Assembly: GCA_041736895.1 (NCBI GenBank)
Contig: JBGSSS010000062.1
Location: forward strand, 8,558-72,557
DNA length: 64,000 nucleotides
Direction: 5' to 3'
DNA from: Pirellulales bacterium
Lineage (GTDB): Bacteria > Planctomycetota > Planctomycetia > Pirellulales > JALHPA01
Below are positions 9,934 through 18,637 of this stretch, piece after piece (position 1 is the stretch's first letter; every line of letters begins with the position of its first letter). The position numbers were made by a program, and so were the translations under genes. The notes below the pieces were generated by a model, which saw nothing but the letters and a program-made list of their open reading frames with translations, ran no database searches and had not been told where the DNA came from.

Positions 9934-10653
9934 CTAGAAGCCGAAGAAATCTCCGACGGCACTGGCTGCACCGCCTACCGCGTTGCCCACGCCGTGGACC
10001 ACGTTGCTGACCGTTCTGCCGGCGGCATCCACGGTGCGAACCACGGTTCTGCCCGCGGAGTCGACAGTCCTGATCACGGTTCTGCCTGCGGCGTCAACGG
10101 TGCGCACCACATTCTTGCCCACGGTTTGCACCCCGCGGCCGACTGTGTTCACCCCTTTGCCGACCGCATTGAGCACATCTTTCGCGCCAGGCCCAACGCC
10201 ATATACCGTGTTGTCTACCGAACGGCGCGGACGCGGTGAAGACGTGACCGTGACGCCGCCTGGGACATCAGAGCTCACGATGCGATGATCGCGGACGACG
10301 GGAGCAGTCTTGGAGTAAACCGGCGGGACTTTGTAACCCGAGCCGCTGTTGCTGGTCACTGTCCGATGATCGCGAACGACAACGTTGCTGCTGCCGTTGA
10401 CGGCGTAGGGAGTCTTGGTGCGGTGATCGCGCACGATCGGTCCGGTCGTCGGAGCCGCGACGGTTGGCTTGCGATGATCACGGATGACAGGCCCAGCGAG
10501 ATTTTGAGTGGTCGTGGTTTTGCGGTGGTCCCGAATCACGGGTCCGGTCTCGGTTTTCTTGGAGCGATAGTCGCGAACCGTGGGTTCCGCGGCGAAAGCG
10601 GACGAAGTAATGCTGAGCAAAGTCAGAACGGCAAAAGACAAAAGGCGATTCAT
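9934..10653 (-). CDS. Secreted RDHR-repeat protein, paralogue 1
   Basis: Signal peptide ending SAFA; six RD[HY]R motifs; three 11-mer V[VI]RTVD[AS]AGRT repeats; AGGA RBS. Confidence 0.8.
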   Translation of the reverse strand: MNRLLSFAVLTLLSITSSAFAAEPTVRDYRSKKTETGPVIRDHRKTTTTQNLAGPVIRDHRKPTVAAPTTGPIVRDHRTKTPYAVNGSSNVVVRDHRTVTSNSGSGYKVPPVYSKTAPVVRDHRIVSSDVPGGVTVTSSPRPRRSVDNTVYGVGPGAKDVLNAVGKGVNTVGRGVQTVGKNVVRTVDAAGRTVIRTVDSAGRTVVRTVDAAGRTVSNVVHGVGNAVGGAASAVGDFFGF

Positions 10654-10704
10654 GTATGAAGAATCCTGGGAAGGAGATAGAGGTAACGTTGAAAAGAGTT
10701 AAGA

Positions 10705-10776
10705 ACAACTCAGTAACTCTATTTCCAGCCAGCGTCCTTCATACGGTTTTGTTACATCACGCTGTTGTTACGAAAA
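10705..10776 (-). promoter_or_regulatory. Conserved upstream regulatory block of RDHR paralogue 1
   Basis: Six conserved blocks align without gaps (offset 1204) to 11909-11980. Confidence 0.7.
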
Positions 10777-10907
10777 AGCTGGAAATTCCGTAGGCAATTC
10801 CCAGCTCAATTTTGAAGAACACGAGCGGAAGATGTTTGTGTTGAGCTAGCGGATGCTCCGCGATGCAAGAGCTTGCCATCAGTAGGTTGGATCGTATTTG
10901 CACTCGT

Positions 10908-10962
10908 ACAAAAAAACCGTGCTGGGTTCTTACGAAACCCAGCACGGCCCAAACACCCTGCG
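10908..10962 (-). terminator. Intrinsic terminator plus conserved 3' segment, copy 2
   Basis: Same hairpin and flanking CCCAAACACCCTGCG as 9870-9923. Confidence 0.85.
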
Positions 10963-10979
10963 TTTGCTAGATTGTTCAA

Positions 10980-11861
10980 CTAGCGATTGCGGTGGTCGAC
11001 GACTTGCGGACGGGTCGGAGCACCCGAAGTCACGCTGCCATAGCCGATGCCAAAGGCATTCCCCACCGAAGTCAGGCCGTTGCTCGCTGCATCGACCACG
11101 GTATGCAGACCAGGTCCGGTCCCGTAGATCGTGTTGTCGGCCGAGGCCGAACCGTTGCCGCGATGATCACGGACAACAGGGCTCGTCGTTTGGCTAAAGC
11201 TCGGCCACTTGTAATTCGCGGCGGCGCTTGACGGGACACGATGATCCCGCACCACGGGCGGCGTTCCCCGCGGGGAAAGCTGCGGAGCGACCGCGACACG
11301 CGAATCAACGATTTTCGGCCTGCCGCTATGGCCAGTCTGCTGCGTGACCATCACACCACCGGACATCTTGCTAACGTCAGGCTTGCCATAGTACGGATAC
11401 CGCCCATAGCCGCTTTGGTCGCGATGGTCTCGGACAACGGGACCGCTGCCAGTCATCGGCGTGAAACGTTGGTCCTTGGCACCGTGACTGACCAGGTCTT
11501 GGCTTGTCAGGGTTTTCCGTGGATCACGGGGTGGAGTCTGGGGACTCATCGAGTGCGTGAGGGGAACCTGCGGCTTGTTGACGGCCGGGGCACGTTGGAC
11601 GATGCCGTTAACGTTGACATACCCACCGCCAGACTGTTTCCCCAGGCCCGGGTTCACAAGCTTGGGTTGCTGTTTGCTTTGCCCGCTCGAAGTGCGGTGA
11701 TCGCGAACGACGGGAGCGAGATTGGGTGTGCGATGATCGCGAACGATCGGTTGCTGCTTGTTCGATTGATTCTGGGGCTTGTGTTTGTTGTTTTTGTCGG
11801 CAAACGCCGAGGAAGACAAAGCAAGCAACGTAAGCGAGGCAAAAATAAAAAGGCGTTTCAT
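10980..11861 (-). CDS. Secreted RDHR-repeat protein, paralogue 2 (293 aa; start ATG 11861)
   Basis: Signal peptide MKRLFIFASLTLLALSSSAFA; five [IV]VRDHR plus degenerate copies; shares DNT[VI]YG[VT]GPG and GGV[TM]VT with paralogue 1. Confidence 0.8.
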   Translation of the reverse strand: MKRLFIFASLTLLALSSSAFADKNNKHKPQNQSNKQQPIVRDHRTPNLAPVVRDHRTSSGQSKQQPKLVNPGLGKQSGGGYVNVNGIVQRAPAVNKPQVPLTHSMSPQTPPRDPRKTLTSQDLVSHGAKDQRFTPMTGSGPVVRDHRDQSGYGRYPYYGKPDVSKMSGGVMVTQQTGHSGRPKIVDSRVAVAPQLSPRGTPPVVRDHRVPSSAAANYKWPSFSQTTSPVVRDHRGNGSASADNTIYGTGPGLHTVVDAASNGLTSVGNAFGIGYGSVTSGAPTRPQVVDHRNR

Positions 11862-11908
11862 CGTAGAAATCCTAGGGAGAAAGTGCTGGCAGTAGAGCAA
11901 GTTGCAGC

Positions 11909-11980
11909 ACAACTTTGTAACTCTGTTGTGAGCCAGCGTCCTTTCCACAGAAGTGTTACAAAACGCTTTTGTTACAGAAA
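11909..11980 (-). promoter_or_regulatory. Conserved upstream regulatory block of RDHR paralogue 2
   Basis: GTAACA direct repeat, AAGGACGCTGGCT and AGAGTTAC at the same spacing as in copy 1. Confidence 0.7.
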
Positions 11981-12009
11981 ATCTCCCCTTTTTATTGAGG
12001 GCAAAGCAC

Positions 12010-12045
12010 AAAAAAAGCGGATTCGTTGGGTTACAACGAATCCGC
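12010..12045 (-). terminator. Intrinsic terminator of the TPR gene
   Basis: GCGGATTCGTTG/CAACGAATCCGC 12-bp stem with T-run on - strand. Confidence 0.85.
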
Positions 12046-12075
12046 GCGGAAAATCGGGGGATGTGGGAAACGCTA

Positions 12076-15000
12076 TCAGTTACTGAGCATCTGCTGGACC
12101 TTTTGCAAGCGTTCGTTGCGTTCCAGCATTTTTCCGGGATAGATCGGGCTTTGCTGTTCAGGGTCATTGAGCCGCGCCATCTGCATCCGTTGCATGCGGC
12201 GCATCTGCTGCATCTCATCGTTGCCCCCTTTATTCGCCTCTTCGTCGAGCCGTTGCTGTTCGGCCTTGGCTCCAGCAAGTTCGAAATCAATTGTCGGCGG
12301 CGGCACGCGGCGTTTGATCGCCGCGGCGGCTGCCTCCCAAAACTTGGCCAGATCTTTGATCTCGCGCGCATCGACTTGGGCATGGCGCTGTTGCGGATCG
12401 AGCTTGATCAAAGCGCAAATCGCATCGTCGTGCAATTGCGCATGTTCGGGATAATTGCCCGCGATCGCGGCCAGCTTTTCCCAGGCATTCAAATATTGCG
12501 GCGCGAGCCGTACCGCTTCTTGATAGTGCTTAAGCGCTTCCCGTGGACGATCTTGAGCCGAGCGGAGGTAACCCAGCAGGTAATGCACCTGCGGCTTCTT
12601 GGGGTCTTCTTGGAGCAGACGGAGGAAGATTTTCTCGGCCAGTTCCTGCGCCAATTCGCCGGCAAACGCTCCTTCGCAGCCGAAGCAATGGCTTTCGATC
12701 ATGCCAAAGCTCCCCGGCATTAATTGAAACGCGCGCTCGAAGTGAATCGCCGCTTGTTCCAGGTCGCCGTTTTCATAAAACTCGATCGCCAAACGCGATT
12801 GAATACAGTAGGCATCGTCAAAAAGCTTCAGCGAATCCTTGTACATCTTGCGGGCGATCGAGTGCAGCCCGGCACCGCGATAATCGTCGGCGCGTTCGGA
12901 TTTTCGAATCGCGGCGATCGCGCCGTCAAAAACCTTGGCCGTCTCTTCGTCCCCTTCCTTGCGAAGAACTTCGGCAAAGACCTTGTAGCCATACATCCGC
13001 GTGTTTTTGCCTTGCTCGCCGTCCGAGGGGTCGATGGAGATCGCTTCGCGGATCGTTTGGCCTGCTTCGGCCAGATTGCCTTGATCCAACAAGAGTTTGG
13101 CTTTCCAGATCAAGGGGCGTTCTTGATACGGATCGAGCTTGGCCAGCGTGTCGAGTTTCTTCAACGCGCCGGCGGGGTCCAATCCGATCAACAACTCGTA
13201 AGCCGGATCAAGTCCCGGCGAGCGGTTGATCAGAACATCAAGGATTTGCAGCGCCTTGTCGGGCTGCTTGGCATCGGCATACGCACGGGCCAAGATCACG
13301 CCAAAGGGTTCATTCTCGCGATAACCGGTGTCCAACAAATCGCTCAGCTTGGTTGTTCCCCACCAGGGCGCGGTGTTGAGCAGCTTGAGGACTTCGTCAC
13401 GGCGATTGAGCTTGTCATAGACTAGGCAAAGACCCTTGAGGGCCGATTGACTAAGGTTGTTGGAGCTGGAACTGAAATGATTTTGTTCGGTGTCTTGATT
13501 TTTCAGCGACGCCGCGAGGGTCTCGATCGCTAGCCGTTCGGCATCGGCGTAACGCTCGACTTTGACGAGCAGGCGGAGCAGCGAATCGAACTCGCTGGTC
13601 AATTGGTACTCGTTTTCAGTAGCCTTTGTCAGTTTCGCGGCATAACATTTTTCCGCCGCCGCGAGGCCTTCGGCTTTCCACTCGGGTTTGTCGAGCAAAT
13701 CGCCGAGGAGATTCAGCTTGAGGGCATGTTCGACACTTTTGTCTTCTTCGCCGTTCTGTCGATTCGCCGGACGCGGCGCATCAACGAGCAAATGCTTGCG
13801 GAGTACTTCGATTGAATCGTTGGTCAGTTCCTTGCCAAGCAAGTACTCGAAATACGCCGTAGCGATCTCGGATTTGCGCTCGGCCGGAATCTTGCTGCTG
13901 GCGAGCGCCAGGTTGACCGTTTTCTGGATCGGCTCGACTTTGTCTCGCCGCGCGGCAAGTTGCAGGTATTCCTCCCACGGCAAATCGGCGAGACGGTCTT
14001 GGAACGCATCTTCCAACAGCCGCAGATATTTCTCGCCGCGTTCGCCGGCAAACTGCTTGTCGTTGGCTTCTTCGCGGCCATGATGGCGGAAACGGTGATT
14101 CATCCGCGAATCATTGTCGTCGCCCTTGAGCAAGTCATCCGCGCGGCGGAGGACAATTTTTTTGGCTTCGTCGAGATTGTCTTCGTCCAGCAATTTGCCA
14201 AGCAAGATATTTTCCGCGGCTGGCGGAATGGTGTCCGTGACAGCGCTCCCGCCCAAAAATTGACCAAGCTTGCCAGTCCCCTTCCGCATTTTCTTTTTGA
14301 AGACGTCATACAACACCAAATCGTCGGTGCCTTCGATCAACTCCCAGTGTGGGCGGGAAACTTTTTCGCCGAGCGCTAGCGCACGTTCTTTGAGCAACTG
14401 TTTCGTCGCCGGCGCTTCCACATGCAGATCGCTGATCTCTTGTTTTTGCAAAATCTTGTCGGCGAGCGCGGCAGCTTTTTCCGCGTCGAGCGCTTTCGTG
14501 ATATCCGGCAGGTGCAGCGGCATCTCGCGGTTCGGCGGCAACTGTTCGAGGAGCTTCTCGATCTTGGCGACTTGCTCCGAAGGCTCGCCCGTCGGTTCTC
14601 GATGAGGGCTGAAATCTTCTTCCAATATCTCTTCGTGATTGAAGCGGCCAAAGTTGCCGCGATTGCCGTGGATAAGGCCCGACTTCTTGGAGGCTTCCTC
14701 CCAAGCTTTCTGCTCGGCTTCGATCGCCTTGGCATCGTTCGCCAAGACGGCGTTCAAAATCCGCAGCGCATAGGCAAACCGGACTTCACTCGCCTCTTCG
14801 GGAATCGCCCGGGCGTTGATCGTGTCGCCCATTTTCTTCCAAGCAGCCGGCGGCGGCAGCAGTTGAAAGAGCTTTTCGATCGCTTCGCGGGCTTGATATG
14901 AGCGTTGATCCTCGGGCAGTTTCGCCACGGCGTCAAACAAACGCAGCCATTGTTGGGCATGTTCATCGGGCGTCAGCTTTTCGTATCCGGACTCCAGATG

Positions 15001-15180
15001 TTTGATTTGTTTGTTGATCTCGGGCAGCGTCGCGGCATCGGCCTGTGCCTCGGGCTTTGTTGGCTCCTTGGCGAGACTTCGAATTTTTTTAATCGCGGCG
15101 TCAGCACCAACGATTTCCGCACCCACGGCACTCGGCAAGCACACACCGGCTGCCAAAAACGAAGCAAGAATCCAGCGCAT
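12076..15180 (-). CDS. Large secreted tetratricopeptide-repeat protein
   Basis: Signal peptide from ATG 15180; C-terminal TPR-like repeats (VHYLLGYL..., ALKHYQEAVRLAPQYLNAW); HCFGCE motif. Confidence 0.8.
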   Translation of the reverse strand: MRWILASFLAAGVCLPSAVGAEIVGADAAIKKIRSLAKEPTKPEAQADAATLPEINKQIKHLESGYEKLTPDEHAQQWLRLFDAVAKLPEDQRSYQAREAIEKLFQLLPPPAAWKKMGDTINARAIPEEASEVRFAYALRILNAVLANDAKAIEAEQKAWEEASKKSGLIHGNRGNFGRFNHEEILEEDFSPHREPTGEPSEQVAKIEKLLEQLPPNREMPLHLPDITKALDAEKAAALADKILQKQEISDLHVEAPATKQLLKERALALGEKVSRPHWELIEGTDDLVLYDVFKKKMRKGTGKLGQFLGGSAVTDTIPPAAENILLGKLLDEDNLDEAKKIVLRRADDLLKGDDNDSRMNHRFRHHGREEANDKQFAGERGEKYLRLLEDAFQDRLADLPWEEYLQLAARRDKVEPIQKTVNLALASSKIPAERKSEIATAYFEYLLGKELTNDSIEVLRKHLLVDAPRPANRQNGEEDKSVEHALKLNLLGDLLDKPEWKAEGLAAAEKCYAAKLTKATENEYQLTSEFDSLLRLLVKVERYADAERLAIETLAASLKNQDTEQNHFSSSSNNLSQSALKGLCLVYDKLNRRDEVLKLLNTAPWWGTTKLSDLLDTGYRENEPFGVILARAYADAKQPDKALQILDVLINRSPGLDPAYELLIGLDPAGALKKLDTLAKLDPYQERPLIWKAKLLLDQGNLAEAGQTIREAISIDPSDGEQGKNTRMYGYKVFAEVLRKEGDEETAKVFDGAIAAIRKSERADDYRGAGLHSIARKMYKDSLKLFDDAYCIQSRLAIEFYENGDLEQAAIHFERAFQLMPGSFGMIESHCFGCEGAFAGELAQELAEKIFLRLLQEDPKKPQVHYLLGYLRSAQDRPREALKHYQEAVRLAPQYLNAWEKLAAIAGNYPEHAQLHDDAICALIKLDPQQRHAQVDAREIKDLAKFWEAAAAAIKRRVPPPTIDFELAGAKAEQQRLDEEANKGGNDEMQQMRRMQRMQMARLNDPEQQSPIYPGKMLERNERLQKVQQMLSN

Positions 15181-15388
15181 CGTCTGACCCTTTGCAAAAA
15201 AGAAAAGCACGATTTTGTGAAAAGAACTGCCCAACAGCGGCTGCATCCAAAGTCATTGCCGCGAACGAGCAATTCTTGAACGACGAGACCGGCAACCGCA
15301 CGAATCCAACCCTCGACAGAGAAGTTCCTGTTCTATACCACGGATCAGGTCGGGGGGCAACGAAAAAGGTGCGGGGGGTGGAGAATCT

Positions 15389-15454
15389 GTATGACGGACT
15401 TCTAGTCCTTCGCAAGAGTTTGCGGGACTTCGACGGACTAGAAGCCCGTCGTAC
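15389..15454. repeat. REP doublet (REPIN), family A
   Basis: GTA(C/T)GACGGACTTCTAGTCC(G/T)TCG ... CGACGGACTAGAAG(T/C)CCGTCGTAC; also at 18929 and 51376. Confidence 0.85.
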
Positions 15455-15564
15455 GAATAAGAATCTTACGCCATTTGAACATGGCGCAAAAAAAGCCGCG
15501 CGTCGAGGGTTGACGAGCGGCTTCAGTGGCTTGTCCCGCCTTGCAGCGGGGTGGTGTACGGGGG

Positions 15565-15816
15565 TTAGCGAGGCTTGCGTGGGGCTTCGCTTGATGGCTC
15601 TTCGGTCTTGAGTTCGAAGGGCTTCGGGAACTTGCCGCCACGACGGCTGCTCCGGCTCGCGTGGGGCGCGGCTAACGCGGCCCAGCGATTTTCCAGAACT
15701 AGCAAGTCCGTTTCCAACTGCAATTCGAAGGCAGCGAAATCGTTCGTATCGCAGTATTCATCAAATCCGTCGGCTCCGAGGAGGGCGGCAATCGATGCGT
15801 TTGTTGGCGTGTTCAT
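15565..15816 (-). CDS. Small hypothetical protein (83 aa)
   Basis: GGAG RBS upstream of ATG 15816; own terminator at ~15488-15523; upstream sigma54-like promoter. Confidence 0.65.
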   Translation of the reverse strand: MNTPTNASIAALLGADGFDEYCDTNDFAAFELQLETDLLVLENRWAALAAPHASRSSRRGGKFPKPFELKTEEPSSEAPRKPR

Positions 15817-16063
15817 GGTGGCGATGCTCCGTTCCGTGTGGGTAGCAAAGGCCGTGCCTCTGCAAGCATTACGACGGACACTGGCGAAGAGTTCAGGTTC
15901 GGTCTCGTAGTCTGTAACGAGTCTTATGACCTGAATCTTCTCCTTGGTTGCTGATTCCCTGTGACAAAAACCGTTCCAGGGTTCCGGTCGAGTTGAATCA
16001 GCGTCTCGCACAACCGCTTCTCTATTCAACTCTACCCGACTAAGCGTAGACGGTAGACAAATG

Positions 16064-16081
16064 AGACAATTATTGTGCCAA
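16064..16081 (-). promoter_or_regulatory. Sigma54-like -24/-12 promoter
   Basis: TTGGCAC-AATAA-TTGT on - strand (consensus TGGCAC-N5-TTGC, one mismatch). Confidence 0.6.
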
Positions 16082-16216
16082 AAAATCTCAAGAAAAGTTC
16101 TTCTTTCTCCGACTGGGCAAAATCCCCGTGCAAAACCGTAAAAAAGAAATCTTGGCGTCTTCATCGTGCAGAATTTCACGAACATTTCTGACAGGTTTGG
16201 CATCCTCTAAGATGCC

Positions 16217-16250
16217 AAAAAGCCACGCCACTCAAGGAGTGGCGTGGCTT
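16217..16250 (-). terminator. Intrinsic terminator of the EF-hand gene
   Basis: AAGCCACGCCACTC/GAGTGGCGTGGCTT stem with T-run on - strand. Confidence 0.85.
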
Positions 16251-16304
16251 CGAAAGGGACAGTCAAATTGTCGTCAGTCGCTTAGCGGAAACCCGCGTGA
16301 ATTG

Positions 16305-17582
16305 CTACTCCGATTTTGGCTTTTCACTCGTTGGTTTATCACTTTCACGAGGACGATCGCCTTCACGCGGTTTGTCGCCATCACGCGGACCAGCGGGACG
16401 ACGTTCACCATCACGAGTTTCCGGTCGGCGGTCGCCTTCGCGTGCGGCGGGACGATCGCTGGGGCGATCCCCTTCGCGAGCAGCCGGTCGATCACCGGCA
16501 GGACGGTCACCTTCGCGCGGACGGAAACCCTCGCCAGTAGCTGGCCGATCGCCTTCGGGGCGACGCATATCCGGTCGCAGTTCCGGCATCAGTTCTTGCT
16601 GGGTCAATTCGCCATCGCCATTGCGATCCAGTTTGCTCAGAACCTTGGCGGCGTTTTCGATTTCACTTTTTGAAAGCCGACCGTCGCGATCCGTATCGAG
16701 GAGGAAGAACATTCCCGCGGGTGCCGGACCGCGTTGAAGGCCAGGAACGCCCGGCCGTCCTTCGATTCGTTCCCCAGCGGGTCGATCGCCTTCGCGGCGC
16801 ATTTCAGGTCGCTCCGCTGCCGGTCGATCTCCCTCGCGCCGCATTTCGGGACGGCCCTCGGGTCGAGCAGGCGGACGATCTCCTTCGCGACGTGTCTCTG
16901 CTGGCTTGTCGCCATCGCGCGGGCCACCTTCGCGGCGCTCGCCATCGGGGCGCGCTTCGGGGCGGCGCTCTGCGTCAGGACGCTTGTCGCCTTCTTTGAT
17001 CGGATTTTCTAGTCGAGCTGATCCTTCGGGACGTTCGCGGCCGGGTGTCCCGTCGCGCGGGGCCATCCGTTCGGCGAACTTGGTGAACTCTTCCTTCGAC
17101 ATCGCGCCATCTTTGTTCGTGTCCGCCATTTCAAGCATCCGGGTGAAGCGTTCGCGACGTTCTTCGGGCACGTCCGACGCCTTGACCGAGCCTGTCCCGT
17201 TGCGGTCGAGCATCTTCCAGAGTTGTTCGGCCCCGCCCCCCTGCCCTGGTGCGCCGGGTCGGCCACCAAAAGGACCTGTGCCCGGGGTGCCTTCGCGCTG
17301 CGGCGCTGGGTCCGATTGCTTTTCGAGACCGGCCTTGAACTCGGCGGCGGTGAGCTTGCCGTCTTTGTCCTTATCCGCATTGCGGAAGAGGCGTTCGGCC
17401 AGCGTTTTCTTGTCGGCCGGAACTTCTTCCATGGTAAGGACGCCGTCGCCGTTGGCGTCGAGCTGTTTGAATATCCCAGCGGGGCCTTCGTCCTTCGCCG
17501 GCTCATCAGCGACGACCGTCGGTGCAGTAAAACAACTCCCCCATAAAGCGAGCCCCAGAAACTTCCAACGTAATGCCGACAT
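16305..17582 (-). CDS. Secreted EF-hand calcium-binding protein with REGDRP low-complexity repeats
   Basis: Signal peptide; six EF-hand-like loops ([72 protein letters not shown]). Confidence 0.85.
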   Translation of the reverse strand: MSALRWKFLGLALWGSCFTAPTVVADEPAKDEGPAGIFKQLDANGDGVLTMEEVPADKKTLAERLFRNADKDKDGKLTAAEFKAGLEKQSDPAPQREGTPGTGPFGGRPGAPGQGGGAEQLWKMLDRNGTGSVKASDVPEERRERFTRMLEMADTNKDGAMSKEEFTKFAERMAPRDGTPGRERPEGSARLENPIKEGDKRPDAERRPEARPDGERREGGPRDGDKPAETRREGDRPPARPEGRPEMRREGDRPAAERPEMRREGDRPAGERIEGRPGVPGLQRGPAPAGMFFLLDTDRDGRLSKSEIENAAKVLSKLDRNGDGELTQQELMPELRPDMRRPEGDRPATGEGFRPREGDRPAGDRPAAREGDRPSDRPAAREGDRRPETRDGERRPAGPRDGDKPREGDRPRESDKPTSEKPKSE

Positions 17583-18637
17583 GTGAGTTACTCCCTTGAG
17601 AAAAGATTAGGCGTGTGCGGAGACGGGTATCTATGTCAATGAACGACGGATTGAGCTCCATGATTTTTATGTCTGCGTCCTTGGCAGCTTGCCGGCCGTC
17701 CACCCTGGCGTGCAATGAATATTAACCGTGCAACGCCATCAATGTCTCGGATATTCGCCCCAAAGCGTCCGAAAATGCTAGCAAATTCGCTACGATTGCC
17801 GTTTTTGCCGCGATTTCTACGACCAGCAACAATCGTGAACGGCAGAGGCGTGGTACCGATCTTGCTGATTTCCCGACGATCGCCTAGGATCGCCTGTTGT
17901 ATTCGGGATTTCCAGAATTTTTAGACCGAACTGGTGAACCCGCGTACAGCATGGTCCGTAGAAGTGTTTGTGGCAAGGTTTGGAACCATTTGCCCCTTTA
18001 GAAGCGTTGGGTGTCGAACGGAAGCGATTTGCAGCCCTGGACGGAAACGTTCTCAGTACGCTGGCGGTCACGGGTAAATCGACGGGTAAGCATTGTGGTG
18101 TTTCCGCAACATCACCACGCGAACCAGAAACACGAATCCCGTAACTGTTCTATCCGTTTCGCCATGACCAACCCGTCCGATGGGTATGAATGGAGCATTA
18201 CGCACTTCGGCGATTTTTTTGGACCAGTAATCCAAATTGTTCGATGAAGAGAGTGTAAGCTGAGTGGAACGGGTTGAGAGAACGCGGAAATCCTGAAACG
18301 CGGCTCTCAACAACGAACCGTCTCAAAGCTCCCCAAATTTTGCTCGGAAGCGATTCGCGCGTTACCCTGAGATAGATCAGTGATCGATCTCGGCAGTGAC
18401 AGGGAAGTGATTCGCGGTGTACTAGAACCAGTTTTTGGAGGTCGCAGGACGAGAGATTCGCGGTGAACGCCAAGAGGTTGCCCCACCAGGTCTGCATGCT
18501 CCGGTTCCGGAGGCGTGCGGGGCGACAAGCGAGCCCGATTTCTGCCAGTCGCGTCTTCCCCGTCCCATGATTGGGCCGGACACTTTCCGATGCACGGCCC
18601 AACAAGCAAACGGCCGCTCATCTTAGGAGCATTCATC

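Noticed and set aside
9934-11861. Recurrent GCGATGATCGCG/CGGTGATCGCG DNA motifs as a possible CRISPR array
   Set aside because: The repeats are short, vary at third codon positions, are irregularly spaced and encode RDHR in frame. No cas genes are present.
11862-12383. 174-aa N-terminal extension of the 467-aa ORF 10980..12383
   Set aside because: It overlaps the TPR gene end, a terminator and the conserved promoter. The signal peptide and RBS point to ATG 11861.
15817-16203. N-terminal extension of the 212-aa ORF 15565..16203
   Set aside because: It runs through the sigma54-like promoter and structured leader. The RBS supports ATG 15816.
16330-17050. DNA repeats in the EF-hand gene as a CRISPR or non-coding array
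   Set aside because: They are synonymous-variable coding repeats (REGDRP).
18011-18313. Short ORFs on both strands in the gap upstream of flgM
   Set aside because: No RBS, motif or codon-bias support, though a small peptide cannot be excluded.
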